A stretch of 64,000 bases of DNA from an uncultured Pseudobdellovibrionaceae bacterium (GCA_963803705.1 CAWDNU010000001.1:160001-224000), one strand, 5' to 3'. Shown: positions 11,049 to 21,037, counted from the first letter of the stretch. Made by a program: numbers and translations. Notes: generated by a model not told the origin, from the letters alone.

Positions 11049-11486
11049 CTAGCCTGGTTTTCTAAACATGGCTCTTTTTTTAGAGGCTTTTTCTTCGTAT
11101 TCTTTGCGTCTCTTCTCAGATTCGGCTAGAACTTCGTGATATTTTTCCACGTGCTTGCCAAGATCTGTTCCATCTTCAAGCTTAACATTTAAATACCTAA
11201 GAACTTTATCGTTAATCTTCATGGTTCTTTCAAGTTCAAGGACCACTTCAGGTGCTGCTTTGAATGTAGTATAAAAATAGTTGCCTAATTTGACCTTATC
11301 AATAGGATTTGCAAGGGTTCTTTTACCCCAAGTTTCAACGTGGGTGACCTCGCCCTTGTAGGACTCGATAATGGCCTTATTTTTTTTGAAAAACTCTTTT
11401 TGCTCATCTTCAGTTGCTTCTGGGTGCAAAATTAATATTGACTCATAAAACCGTTCTTTCACAGATTTTTGAAGTTCAAAAGACAT
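11049..11486 (-). CDS. rpsF: 30S ribosomal protein S6
   Basis: YESILILHP, WGKRTLANPI and INDKVLRY. Confidence 0.95.
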   Translation of the reverse strand: MSFELQKSVKERFYESILILHPEATEDEQKEFFKKNKAIIESYKGEVTHVETWGKRTLANPIDKVKLGNYFYTTFKAAPEVVLELERTMKINDKVLRYLNVKLEDGTDLGKHVEKYHEVLAESEKRRKEYEEKASKKRAMFRKPG

Positions 11487-11601
11487 AATCTCTCCTTATG
11501 GATAATGCTGAAAACTTGATTATTTTCAACAAGAAGAAAAATTGTGTTAACATGATCGTATTTCAAAAACAAGAGACTTAAAAGCTGAAGGCAATTTCTA
11601 T

Positions 11602-12315
11602 ATGCTGTTACACTTCAAAATAATCGATTCCTCTGACCCGAAAGCTATTGGTAAATCGATTTGTATCAAGCAAGGACTGATAATCGGCAGAGCAAGGGGA
11701 AATTTAATAATTGAAGATGAAAGAATATCTTCTGTGCACGCTGAAATCCAAACAAATAACCAAGGTGACTTCTTTTTAGTTGATAAAGACTCCAGAAACG
11801 GAATTAAAGTCCAGGGAAAAAAGATAACTAAGCTGCTGCTAGACAATGGAACACTTTTTCAGGTGGGAAACACATTGATTGAGGTTGTGCTGAAAGAGGA
11901 AGAACCTGATCTACCTGAAACAAGTGACGATGACTCTTTAGCAAAAGCTATAGAATTTATCGAGAACACCAAAATTAGCGAATTCAAATCCAAGAGGCCA
12001 GTATTCTTCCGCAAGCCAATCAAACTCATTGTGATTCAAGGTATCCAACTTAACCAAAGCTGGCAGATAGAGTTCGGACCCTACAAATTTGGCTCTGGCT
12101 GCGTAGGTGGACTGTTGGTAAGCGATAACATGCCACTTGAAGTTTTTGAGATATACGAGGTCAGCTCTGGTAAAATGGTCCATGTTCTAACTGAACAAAG
12201 AATTGTAAAGCTTAATACTATACCACTGGCCTCTGACTCTTTGGTGGATAATGGAGATATACTTAGCATTCACCTTTCCGAACAAGATATCACTCGAATA
12301 AAATTTGAGTTTTAA
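11602..12315 (+). CDS. FHA-domain protein
   Basis: IGR, ISSVHA and DSRNG FHA motifs. Confidence 0.85.
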   Translation: MLLHFKIIDSSDPKAIGKSICIKQGLIIGRARGNLIIEDERISSVHAEIQTNNQGDFFLVDKDSRNGIKVQGKKITKLLLDNGTLFQVGNTLIEVVLKEEEPDLPETSDDDSLAKAIEFIENTKISEFKSKRPVFFRKPIKLIVIQGIQLNQSWQIEFGPYKFGSGCVGGLLVSDNMPLEVFEIYEVSSGKMVHVLTEQRIVKLNTIPLASDSLVDNGDILSIHLSEQDITRIKFEF

Positions 12316-12394
12316 TTAGATCTCCTTTACTTTAAAACTGATTTCTTCCGATTCAAACTCAAATTAAAAAATTTAAGAAGGCAAAAAAGAAAGT

Positions 12395-13267
12395 ATGGAT
12401 TCTGCACTGGTAAAAAAAGAATATTTTAATTCGTTTGATGGCACAAAAATTTATTATGAGCTTCATGGGGAATCAGGTCCAGTTGTTGTGCTGATTTATG
12501 GCGTAGCATGCCAGATGAACCACTGGGTCTACCAGGTATCGGACTTATCAAAGGATTATCGGGTTTTATTATTTGATTATAGGGGCCACCATAAATCTGC
12601 GACCTCTGAAGACTTAAATATGGATATTGTAGCCCAAGATCTTTCAGCTCTTATGGACCATCTAGGCTTTCAGAAAGCTCACGTTGTGGGACATAGTTTC
12701 GGCGTTCCTGTTGCCGTCAAATTTGCAAATACTAACCCTAGTAAAACTGAATCCTTAGTTTTTATAAATGGCTTTGTTTACAATCCCTTAGATGAATTAT
12801 TTAAATTTCCTGTTTCAAAAAAACTTATTGAAACCTTAAGCGTATTTCAACAGTTCGCACCGTCTTTGTCGCAGTGGCTTTGGCGTAAAGCTGTCAACAA
12901 CATTTTAACTCAACTTGGCGCAGGATTGCTCGGTGGTTTTAATCTTGAACTTGCTTCATTCAAGGACATCGAGATTTACACTCAGGCACTAGAAAACTTA
13001 AAGGTAGTTGTCATTTTGAAGTATATGCATGATCTGGTGAATATGGATTTACGGGAGGATCTTAAAATAATCAAAGCCAAAACCCTTGTAATTTCCGGGC
13101 TTAAAGATGGAATTACGCCCACAAGGCAACAAGAACTTATGAAAAACCTTATTTCCGATTCATCCATCGAGCGTATTAAGGAAGGAAGCCACTGTACACA
13201 ACTAGATATGCCAGATTATGTAAATTCCTTACTAAGAAATTTTTTTGTATCGCAACATAGAAAATAA
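12395..13267 (+). CDS. Alpha/beta hydrolase
   Basis: DYRGH, GHSFG nucleophile elbow, and C-terminal Asp/His (KDG, GSH). Confidence 0.9.
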   Translation: MDSALVKKEYFNSFDGTKIYYELHGESGPVVVLIYGVACQMNHWVYQVSDLSKDYRVLLFDYRGHHKSATSEDLNMDIVAQDLSALMDHLGFQKAHVVGHSFGVPVAVKFANTNPSKTESLVFINGFVYNPLDELFKFPVSKKLIETLSVFQQFAPSLSQWLWRKAVNNILTQLGAGLLGGFNLELASFKDIEIYTQALENLKVVVILKYMHDLVNMDLREDLKIIKAKTLVISGLKDGITPTRQQELMKNLISDSSIERIKEGSHCTQLDMPDYVNSLLRNFFVSQHRK

Positions 13268-13356
13268 AATTTGGAAGTCTGGCACTTTTAGGTAATAATT
13301 TACCTTCATTTACAAACCCACTATTATTTATCTAAAAATAAATTAAAGTGACCAAG

Positions 13357-13398
13357 AAACTAAAAATTGCTACCTAAATTAGCAATTTTATAGTTTTT
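13357..13398 (+). terminator. AT-rich hairpin after the hydrolase
   Basis: AAAATTGCTA / TAGCAATTTT stem followed by a T-run. Confidence 0.45.
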
Positions 13399-13635
13399 AG
13401 GCATCATTTTGTGGAAAAGTCAGTGGATCAGTGGGTATTACTCTCTAATTCTATATCAATAATAAGTAATTCTTCTAGATCTAGTTGGTTCCAATTACGC
13501 AAAAGATTAATACCTAAACTGAGTGTTTTCACCTAAATCTAAATCACTGATAGCTAGAAGGCCGCCGGTGGTCAGCGATAATCCTGTAATGGAACTTCAT
13601 TCCCTTAGCTTTGGTTGGAATTCTAGAAGAGAATC

Positions 13636-13740
13636 GAATTCTACCGCATTAAAATGACATTTCACGGCTCTGAATTATGGACTTTAGACAGTTCTAATGT
13701 GCTCTTGTATCAATAGTTTCGTTCTTAGCATTTGGTTTAA
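13636..13740. repeat. Upstream repeat, copy 1
   Basis: 13684-13738 matches 15250-15304 at 51/55 nt; starts with GAATTCTA like copies 2 and 3. Confidence 0.9.
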
Positions 13741-13805
13741 TTTAAGAATTTGTTTAACTGAGCATAACTTTTGCATAATTTATACTTATTTAAAGGGGAT
13801 TCAAA

Positions 13806-14996
13806 ATGCATATTTTTAAAACGACCATTATTTGTCTCACATCCATGGGGTGCCTTCAGGCCTATGCCCAGAACTTCAACTTAGTTAATAAAGAAAAGCT
13901 TATTGCTGATTTCCCTTATTCATATTTTGAGGCTAAATACACTGGTAAACTCACGCAAGCTTTAGTGAGAAGTTATAAAAATCAAGATTACTTGTTAAGG
14001 GAACGAACTAAAGCTTGTTACAAAACAGTTAGATACTGCGAAAATGAACTGAGTAGCCTTTCAATCCGGATGACCAATGATAAAGTTCCCATGGCCGAAC
14101 AGTTCAATAAAATATCCAATCTTATGACAGAATGCGAAGAAGAAAGTCCTAAAGATTTTGATACAGTTTGTGGTGCTCCAATTGTATCTGATGTTGTAAA
14201 AGGATGGATCTCTGGTGCTTTAGAGGAAAATCCTAATGCATACGGATCTCTCGACGAATCACAAATTATCTATTTTGAGTTCAGGAAAGAATTTTACGAA
14301 TACTTCATGGATCAGGAAAATACTAAAAATTTAAATAAGATTTTTGATTGGGCCAAATCGGATCTTAAGAATTTTTTAATAAGCCTAAAACCAACACATA
14401 GCCTTAACAAAATATTAAATATAATAGATCAGATTGAACTTAATACAGTTTTTATTAGCTTTGGTAATTTTCCCAAACACCCGTTCTCTGAGACTCTTAC
14501 GGCAGGGATTGGAGACAATTCGATCGATTTTGGTCCTTCGATTTTTTTCACTCAAGATTTAAATCATGAACTTGCCTATTTATTTCTAATCCACGAAATG
14601 ACCCACTACTTCGATATGTGCACATCTCAAGATGCACCTTATTATCAAAATTTAAATACCTACGATGATTACTTTATAACTTTTTACCCTCTAACCTTAA
14701 AAAATGAGTATCTAACTAAGAATAGAATTTCAAATACGCCAAAAAATGACTTTCAGAAGTGGATATGCAACGATCAGCTTGTTGAGCTTGTACCAGACTG
14801 GATTGCCGCCCGCGTGTTCAACACATATTATGTAGAACATGGTTTTTCTTCTCAAGCACTTTTAGGTTCAATGACAAAGTTTCTAGGTCAGCCAGACCCT
14901 GAAGGTTATGCTGAGGCATCTTTTCATCAACACATTGCTGATGAAGAAAGGCTTCGGATGACAAAAAGGATTGTTATTGATGGTTTTGATTACTGA
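13806..14996 (+). CDS. Secreted protein with an HEXXH motif, putative zinc metallopeptidase
   Basis: Signal peptide (AYA-Q), FLIHEMTHYFD and downstream ELVPD. Confidence 0.7.
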   Translation: MHIFKTTIICLTSMGCLQAYAQNFNLVNKEKLIADFPYSYFEAKYTGKLTQALVRSYKNQDYLLRERTKACYKTVRYCENELSSLSIRMTNDKVPMAEQFNKISNLMTECEEESPKDFDTVCGAPIVSDVVKGWISGALEENPNAYGSLDESQIIYFEFRKEFYEYFMDQENTKNLNKIFDWAKSDLKNFLISLKPTHSLNKILNIIDQIELNTVFISFGNFPKHPFSETLTAGIGDNSIDFGPSIFFTQDLNHELAYLFLIHEMTHYFDMCTSQDAPYYQNLNTYDDYFITFYPLTLKNEYLTKNRISNTPKNDFQKWICNDQLVELVPDWIAARVFNTYYVEHGFSSQALLGSMTKFLGQPDPEGYAEASFHQHIADEERLRMTKRIVIDGFDY

Positions 14997-15200
14997 TTAG
15001 TTATCAAAAAATTATAACGTGGCAGAAAATCAGACTTTAATATTAAATGAGTTTCAAGCCTAATTGCCTGAATATGAATTAGCAAATGGACGGCTTAGTA
15101 AGTTTGCCAAGCGGTATCACGCTAAACTATAAATTTTTTGAATAGTTAATCAACCTTTAACTTACAAACCTCTAAGCAAAAATCACTAGTGATTTGCTCG

Positions 15201-15307
15201 GAATTCTATCGCTCTAGAGTAGTTTTGCAGTGACACTTTGCGCCCCCACTTAGACAGTTTTAATGTGCTCTAGTATCAACAGTTTCGTTCTTAGCATTAG
15301 GTTTTAA
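15201..15307. repeat. Upstream repeat, copy 2
   Basis: Ungapped match of about 76/98 nt (15201-15298) to 16357-16454. Confidence 0.9.
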
Positions 15308-15350
15308 GCACACTACTTGCTGATGTAAGGTTAAAGAAAAGGAGATCTTC

Positions 15351-16274
15351 GTGAACTTTAAAATTGTTATTACCACCATGTTATGTATCGGATTAAGCTA
15401 TTCTTCGTATGCAGATAGTAGAGTAAAAGAGTCCTCTGATTCAGTTACCTCAGTTTTAGAGCAAGCCTTGGGGGATTTTGAAACTAGGCTTTTATATATT
15501 GGAGACACCAATCATAGTAATCTGATAATGAAGCATGCGATTAGCGAGGTCTTGGATAAAGCAGTTAAGATAGATAGTGATATTAATTGTCTACTTCTAG
15601 AATCAAGCGGTGAAATTTACCAACAGGCTTTAGATGGTTACTCATCAGGAAAAATTTCCTGGGATGACTCCGTCGAAAAAGCTAATTTAGCAAAGGAGAA
15701 GCTTACCGGACGTCCTTACAAAGTCAGTAGAGTTGTAATTGACCAAGCGATTAAAAGTGGCTTGAAAATTTATGCAGTTGATTGGTCAGACTCCTCTTCT
15801 GAATCTGCTAGAATGAAAGAGCTATTTAGAGAAGGGTTTCATGAGGGTAACATGGAAAGTTTAGAAGCAGCTTTTCAATTAGGTGTTACTGAAAGAAATA
15901 GAGTTATGAGTGCCAATATTCTCAATGTTATGCAGCCATTGCCCCCACGTAGAGTCAGTGAGTGTAAAAAAGCTGTAATGACTGTGGGAACACTTCACCT
16001 TCAAACAACAGTGGATATGTCTTCTTTGGGTATAGGAGAGCAAATCTTTGAAAGTATCGGTAGTCTGTTGGCTTCAGACTTCAAACAAAGCTTTGTTAGT
16101 ATTTATGATTGCATTGATAAGGTTAATGCTGGGCCAGCTAGAAACGCCTGCGAAACAAATACTGGTGCAGAAACTCTTCCAACAAGCTTACAACTCAAAG
16201 GATCTTTTCAAAGAGTTGATATTAATTCAGACCCAGAAATCACCGGATCGCTACTGATGTATTACACCAAGTAG
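15351..16274 (+). CDS. Secreted protein, EreA/ChaN/TraB-like fold
   Basis: Signal peptide (SYA-D) and motifs LYIGDTNH, LLLE, ERNRVM and VGTLH. Confidence 0.6.
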   Translation: MNFKIVITTMLCIGLSYSSYADSRVKESSDSVTSVLEQALGDFETRLLYIGDTNHSNLIMKHAISEVLDKAVKIDSDINCLLLESSGEIYQQALDGYSSGKISWDDSVEKANLAKEKLTGRPYKVSRVVIDQAIKSGLKIYAVDWSDSSSESARMKELFREGFHEGNMESLEAAFQLGVTERNRVMSANILNVMQPLPPRRVSECKKAVMTVGTLHLQTTVDMSSLGIGEQIFESIGSLLASDFKQSFVSIYDCIDKVNAGPARNACETNTGAETLPTSLQLKGSFQRVDINSDPEITGSLLMYYTK

Positions 16275-16356
16275 AATAATTGATCTTGTTCGTGACCCCA
16301 ATTTTGTTTAGACACCTAGACCCGGCGATGTCCTGAGAGTATAGAAGGTTTGATCT

Positions 16357-16459
16357 GAATTCTATAGCACCAGTGTAGTCTTTTGGTGACAATTTTCGCA
16401 CCCATTTTGAAGGTTTCAATGCGTTCTGGTGTCGACAGTTTCGTTCTTGGCATTGGCCT
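16357..16459. repeat. Upstream repeat, copy 3
   Basis: GAATTCTA...CAGTTTCGTTCTTGGCATT, collinear with copy 2. Confidence 0.88.
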
Positions 16460-16592
16460 ATGACCAAAATGCAGACGAGGTTTGATATAAGTATACAGTT
16501 GAGTAAATATTATCATTGGTCACCCCAATATTTTCATCAACACTTTGATATGTTATATTTTTACATTCAACAACTAAACAAGGAGCTCCTTT

Positions 16593-17015
16593 ATGAAGTC
16601 ATTTTTTACTTTTGTAATTTTTTTCTCACTTTCGAGCCAATCTTATGCTGTAACATCTATGGATGGTGTATGGGTTAGAGATGGCGTTAGAACTTGTCTA
16701 AACGGTGAAATTATTGATGACTCTCCTATGGGTGGCTTAAGTAACTATGCTATGACTGTAAACGGTGAAAATCTGAATATTAATTTTCAATTTACCTACC
16801 AAGGGAATGTTAACCAAGTGAACATCGACTATAGCCTGACTGCTCTAGCTGTTGAAAAAAATAACTTTTATGAAGCTGCTCCAAATTTAGAACAACATGG
16901 AGCTTCACCTCTTCAGCTTATTACTGAAGACCACAGAATTACCGCACTTTTTGAAGACAACAATGGAAACTTCTGTAACGGTGGTTATATCGTACAAAAG
17001 ATGATAAAGAAGTAA
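16593..17015 (+). CDS. Small secreted hypothetical protein, possibly a lipocalin-like beta protein
   Basis: AAGGAG RBS, signal peptide (SYA-V), DGVW motif and two Cys. Confidence 0.75.
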   Translation: MKSFFTFVIFFSLSSQSYAVTSMDGVWVRDGVRTCLNGEIIDDSPMGGLSNYAMTVNGENLNINFQFTYQGNVNQVNIDYSLTALAVEKNNFYEAAPNLEQHGASPLQLITEDHRITALFEDNNGNFCNGGYIVQKMIKK

Positions 17016-17071
17016 CTTTTCGGCTATTGCAACAATCACTAGGTAGAATTTAGACATCACATCAATTTATA

Positions 17072-17101
17072 GAGCCTTTGGATACTGCCAGGGGCTTTTT
17101 T
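17072..17101 (+). terminator. Intrinsic terminator
   Basis: GAGCCTTTGG-loop-CCAGGGGCTT followed by a T-run. Confidence 0.75.
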
Positions 17102-17196
17102 GTTGGCTCTGGTCAACAAACCTTAATTTTGAATTTCTGACCAAAATTTTTGAAAATTCAAATTTTTGGCTTAAAATCGTCACCCTGTAAATTTTC

Positions 17197-17253
17197 TGAT
17201 CAGGTTGGATGTGCTCTGCGACCTGTATATTTGTTTTAAGGTTTTGGTTTTAA
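17197..17253. repeat. Upstream repeat, degenerate copy 4
   Basis: CAG..ATGTGCTCT and terminal GGTTTTAA occur at the same spacing as in copy 2. Confidence 0.5.
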
Positions 17254-17351
17254 TCAAGTATAGAACAATTTCAATTTGCATAACAAGCTTCAAGTTTGGG
17301 CAATTTATCGGTAGATTCTAAAATTAGAAATACAACAAACAAGGAGAATAA

Positions 17352-17741
17352 ATGAAAAAATTGATACTAAGTCTATTTCTGACATCTTTATCATTTAACG
17401 TATTTGCTGAGTCACCAGTTGATTTTGATCAACAGGCGCTTAAAGCTTTGATGGCAAGTGCTCCAAGCATGAGTGTCACAGGAGACATTGAAGCGGACAA
17501 ATTGTCAGACGTTTTAGCTGAAGCTCTTTATACCTACAACACAGGAGAAATAACTCTCCAAGTTTACAACCAATGCGTAATGAACGAAGGTGGTAAAGGT
17601 ATGCAATGTAGACTGTCAATTTCTGATAGCGACGGCGAAATTGAAAGTGCAATTATTTTAACATATCAAGTTGTTAGGAATTCGACTACTGGTGAAGTAG
17701 AGGTTGTATCTAAATCAGTAAACTCAATTATTGCTGGATAA
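17352..17741 (+). CDS. Small secreted hypothetical protein
   Basis: AAGGAG RBS, signal peptide MKKLILSLFLTSLSFNVFA and two Cys. Confidence 0.8.
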   Translation: MKKLILSLFLTSLSFNVFAESPVDFDQQALKALMASAPSMSVTGDIEADKLSDVLAEALYTYNTGEITLQVYNQCVMNEGGKGMQCRLSISDSDGEIESAIILTYQVVRNSTTGEVEVVSKSVNSIIAG

Positions 17742-17819
17742 ATTTAGTTTAAGATAAACTACTCAATGGTTTATCTCACCTAACACTAGTAACTAATGAA
17801 ACATTTTTTAGATTCAATT

Positions 17820-17852
17820 AGCCTTTCTGCGAAGAAGGGCTTTGTTTTATTT
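17820..17852 (+). terminator. Intrinsic terminator
   Basis: AGCCTTTCT-GCGA-AGAAGGGCT followed by a T-rich tail. Confidence 0.75.
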
Positions 17853-17993
17853 GGTCACAAACTCTACGGTTTTATACGACAGAATGTCATTAATCTCAGC
17901 TGTTTTGAGTGCTAAAATATGTAACTAAGGGCTGTGGGCTGCTCAGTTAAATTACCTGGAACAGGTGCCTATAGAACCACGACACCTTTAGCC

Positions 17994-18144
17994 CCATGTA
18001 AAAAAGAAGAAGACTTTAAATATTTACCTAACCTTCAAAAGTGAGCTCGGATTTTAGTTTTCAGCGAAGCTGAATGCTAAAAACGTATGGCTGAACCTTT
18101 TGAAGGTTAGGTAAATATTTAAAGTCTTCTTCTTTTTTACATGG
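17994..18144. repeat. Long palindromic element 2
   Basis: Perfect 48-bp inverted repeat 17994-18041 / 18097-18144 around a 55-nt core containing TTCAGC-GAA-GCTGAA. Confidence 0.95.
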
Positions 18145-18290
18145 TGGCGATCCGCACTTAAGTTAAGTTAAGTTAAGCGCAGTCATACTAAAATGATTTT
18201 GCTTTCGGCATGGCCTACAATTTTAAATTTCATTACTGCGCGAATGGCGGTCACAGTCACTAAATTTCACATCAGAACCTGAACCAAGAA

Positions 18291-19046
18291 TTACTTTTTA
18301 ATTCTAGCTTTAAGGTAAGCTCTGTTCATGTGGGTGATGTTATCGAGCGAAATCTCTTTAGGACAGGCAGCAGAACAAGCAGCTGTATTGGTGCATGCAC
18401 CGAAACCCTCTTTGTCCATTTGAGCCACCATATTAGAGACTCGATCAGCGGCTTCAACTTTGCCTTGGGGTAAAATATTCAAATGATTAATTTTTGCAGA
18501 CACAAAAAGCATTGCAGACGCATTTTTACAAGCAGCCACGCATGCTCCGCACCCGATACAAGTTGCTGACATAAATGCCTCGTCAGAATTGTCTTTTCGA
18601 ATAGGTATGGCATTGGCATCCTGAGCATTACCAGTCGAAACTGAAACGTAGCCCCCTGCTTCGATTATGCGGTCAAAGGCGCTGCGGTCTACCGCTAAAT
18701 CTTTTATGATTGGAAACGATTTAGCTCTAAAAGGTTCAACGAATATTTCGTCGCCATCATTAAAAGTTCTCATATGAAGCTGACATGTGGTTGTAGCCCT
18801 TTGGGGTCCATGAGGGTCACCATTTATAACCATCGCGCAGGACCCACAGATGCCTTCTCGACAATCGTGATCGAAAAGTACTGGATCTTCACCGCTTTTT
18901 ATCAACTTTTGATTCAGTACATCCATCATCTCTAGGAATGACATATCTGTACTAATATCCTTTAAGGAGTGAGACTCAAAAGTTCCTTTAGAGTCGTTAT
19001 CTTTTTGTCGCCATACTTTCAGTTTTAAATTTATAGTTTCGCTCAT
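18291..19046 (-). CDS. sdhB: Succinate dehydrogenase/fumarate reductase Fe-S subunit
   Basis: [21 protein letters not shown] and [13 protein letters not shown]. Confidence 0.96.
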   Translation of the reverse strand: MSETINLKLKVWRQKDNDSKGTFESHSLKDISTDMSFLEMMDVLNQKLIKSGEDPVLFDHDCREGICGSCAMVINGDPHGPQRATTTCQLHMRTFNDGDEIFVEPFRAKSFPIIKDLAVDRSAFDRIIEAGGYVSVSTGNAQDANAIPIRKDNSDEAFMSATCIGCGACVAACKNASAMLFVSAKINHLNILPQGKVEAADRVSNMVAQMDKEGFGACTNTAACSAACPKEISLDNITHMNRAYLKARIKK

Positions 19047-19111
19047 CTCACATCCTAAATTGTTAATTTTAGTTATTAGAATTTAATTCTAAAAACCCAA
19101 TGTACTGAATC

Positions 19112-21037
19112 TTACTTATAACTACGTGTAGCCAATTTCACATATTCGAAGTCCAGATCTTCCTGGTGTGCAGTCCATTTCGGATTATGACCCTCGCCAG
19201 TGTATTCGAAGGCTGTAGCAGTAGACCACTTTTCATCTTGTCTCAGGGCTTCGCCAGCTTCAGTCTGATACTCTTCTCTGAAATGCCCCCCACAAGATTC
19301 ATTTCGTTGAAGCGCATCAGCCGCCATCAACTGACCTAATTCAAGAAAATCAGCCACTCTAGATGCTTTTTCAAGCTCCTCATTTTTATTGTTGACTTCA
19401 CCTGGGACTTTAACATTGCTCCAGAAATCTTCTCTTAATTGACTAATACTTTTGATGGCGTTTTCAAGACCGTTTTTGTTTCTAGACATACCAACTTGTT
19501 CCCACATTATGTGGCCAAGGTCCTTGTGAAACTCATCGACAGTCTTATTGCCGTTAACTTTTAAAAGCTGACTAACTTTTAACCTAGCCTCTTCAGCACT
19601 AACTTTGAATTCATCTTGAGTGGTGCTCAGTTTTTCTAGTTTTGTCGAAGCCAAGTATTGGCCTAGCGTGGCAGGTAAAACAAAGTAACCGTCTGCTAAA
19701 CCTTGCATAAGTGCCGATGCACCCAGCCGGTTTGCACCATGATCAGAAAAGTTGGCTTCACCTAAAACATGAAGGCCTGGTAGCGTGCTCTGCAAATTGT
19801 AATCAACCCACAATCCACCCATCGTGTAGTGAACCGCTGGGAAAATTCTCATTGGAGTCTGATAAGGGTTATCGCCAGTTATTTTTTCGTACATCTGAAA
19901 AAGGTTTCCGTACTTTTCGCTGATAGCGCTTTCGCCAAGCCGGCTAATCGCATCCCTAAAATCAAGATAAACAGCTTTACCGGTTTTACCAACCCCCTTG
20001 CCTTCATCTGTCATATACTTTGCCTGCCGAGAAGCTACATCACGAGGGGCCAGGTTACCGAAACTAGGATAAACCCGTTCCAAGTAATAATCTCTGTCTG
20101 CTTCGGGAATGTCAGATGGTTTTCTTTTTTCATCTGGATTTTTTGGGACCCAGATTCTGCCGTCATTACGCAAAGATTCAGACATTAAAGTCAGTTTAGA
20201 TTGATAGTCACCAGATACCGGAATGCACGTCGGATGAATTTGTGTAAAGCAAGGGTTTGCAAAAGCAGCACCTTTTTTGTGTGACGCCCAAGCTGCACTC
20301 ACGTTAGAATTTTTTGCATTCGTGGACAAGTAGAAAACATTGCCGTAGCCACCATTGGCTAAAACGACCGCATCTGCGGCGTAAGATTCTATTTCACCGG
20401 TTATTAAATTTCTTACAGTAATTCCTCTGGCCTTACCATCAACAACCACTAAATCAAGCATTTCACGTCTAACTTTAAGATCGATCTTCTTCTCGTGCAC
20501 CTGTCTCATCATCGACGAATATGCACCTAGCAGTAGTTGCTGGCCCGTCTGCCCTCTTGCATAAAAAGTTCTAGAAACCTGCGCTCCGCCGAAAGATCTG
20601 TTTGTCAGAAGCCCACCGTAGTCTCTGGCAAAAGGAACACCTTGAGCAACAGCTTGGTCAATAATATTCACTGAAACTTCAGCTAGACGGTAAACGTTCG
20701 ATTCCCTGGCTCTAAAATCACCGCCTTTAACAGTGTCATAGAAAAGCCTGTAGACCGAATCACCATCGTTTTGATAATTTTTTGCGGCGTTAATTCCGCC
20801 TTGAGCTGCGATCGAATGAGCTCTTCTAGGTGAATCATGTATGCAAAAAGTCGTAACATTATAACCTAACTCGGCCAATGAAGCTGAGGCTGAGGCGCCA
20901 GCTAAGCCGGTACCAACCACTAGCACGTCAAACTTCCGTTTGTTAGCGGGGTTTACAAGCTTCATGTCAAATTTATGTTTTTTCCACCTGTCTTCAATTG
21001 GACCACTTGGTGCATTAGAGTCTAAATTTATACCCAC
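19112..21037 (-). CDS. sdhA: Succinate dehydrogenase/fumarate reductase flavoprotein
   Basis: [22 protein letters not shown] and HGANRLG. Confidence 0.97.
   Translation of the reverse strand: MGINLDSNAPSGPIEDRWKKHKFDMKLVNPANKRKFDVLVVGTGLAGASASASLAELGYNVTTFCIHDSPRRAHSIAAQGGINAAKNYQNDGDSVYRLFYDTVKGGDFRARESNVYRLAEVSVNIIDQAVAQGVPFARDYGGLLTNRSFGGAQVSRTFYARGQTGQQLLLGAYSSMMRQVHEKKIDLKVRREMLDLVVVDGKARGITVRNLITGEIESYAADAVVLANGGYGNVFYLSTNAKNSNVSAAWASHKKGAAFANPCFTQIHPTCIPVSGDYQSKLTLMSESLRNDGRIWVPKNPDEKRKPSDIPEADRDYYLERVYPSFGNLAPRDVASRQAKYMTDEGKGVGKTGKAVYLDFRDAISRLGESAISEKYGNLFQMYEKITGDNPYQTPMRIFPAVHYTMGGLWVDYNLQSTLPGLHVLGEANFSDHGANRLGASALMQGLADGYFVLPATLGQYLASTKLEKLSTTQDEFKVSAEEARLKVSQLLKVNGNKTVDEFHKDLGHIMWEQVGMSRNKNGLENAIKSISQLREDFWSNVKVPGEVNNKNEELEKASRVADFLELGQLMAADALQRNESCGGHFREEYQTEAGEALRQDEKWSTATAFEYTGEGHNPKWTAHQEDLDFEYVKLATRSYK

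Noticed and set aside
13469..13630. Possible decayed inverted repeat (TCTTCTAGA / TCTAGAAGA; GTTCCAATTAC / GTAATGGAAC)
   Set aside because: The two matches have different symmetry centres and there is no core motif.
15081..15198. Weak symmetry (GCTTAG..GTTTG / CAAAC..CTAAGC) and the palindrome AAATCACTAGTGATTT just before repeat copy 2
   Set aside because: Short, gapped, AT-rich matches with no family core; cannot be told from chance by eye.
13684..16453. ATG-initiated minus-strand peptide MLRTKLLIxEHIxTV / MPRTKLSTPERIETF in the repeats
   Set aside because: Differences between copies are mostly non-synonymous in this frame, the stop is not conserved in copy 3, and there is no RBS.
13636..17253. 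Repeats as a CRISPR array or classical integron attC sites
   Set aside because: The spacers are whole genes, there are no cas or intI genes, and there are no paired RYYYAAC/GTTRRRY ends.
18158..18177. (TTAAG)x4 microsatellite
   Set aside because: Intergenic between convergent genes with no promoter or ORF to phase-vary; likely slippage.
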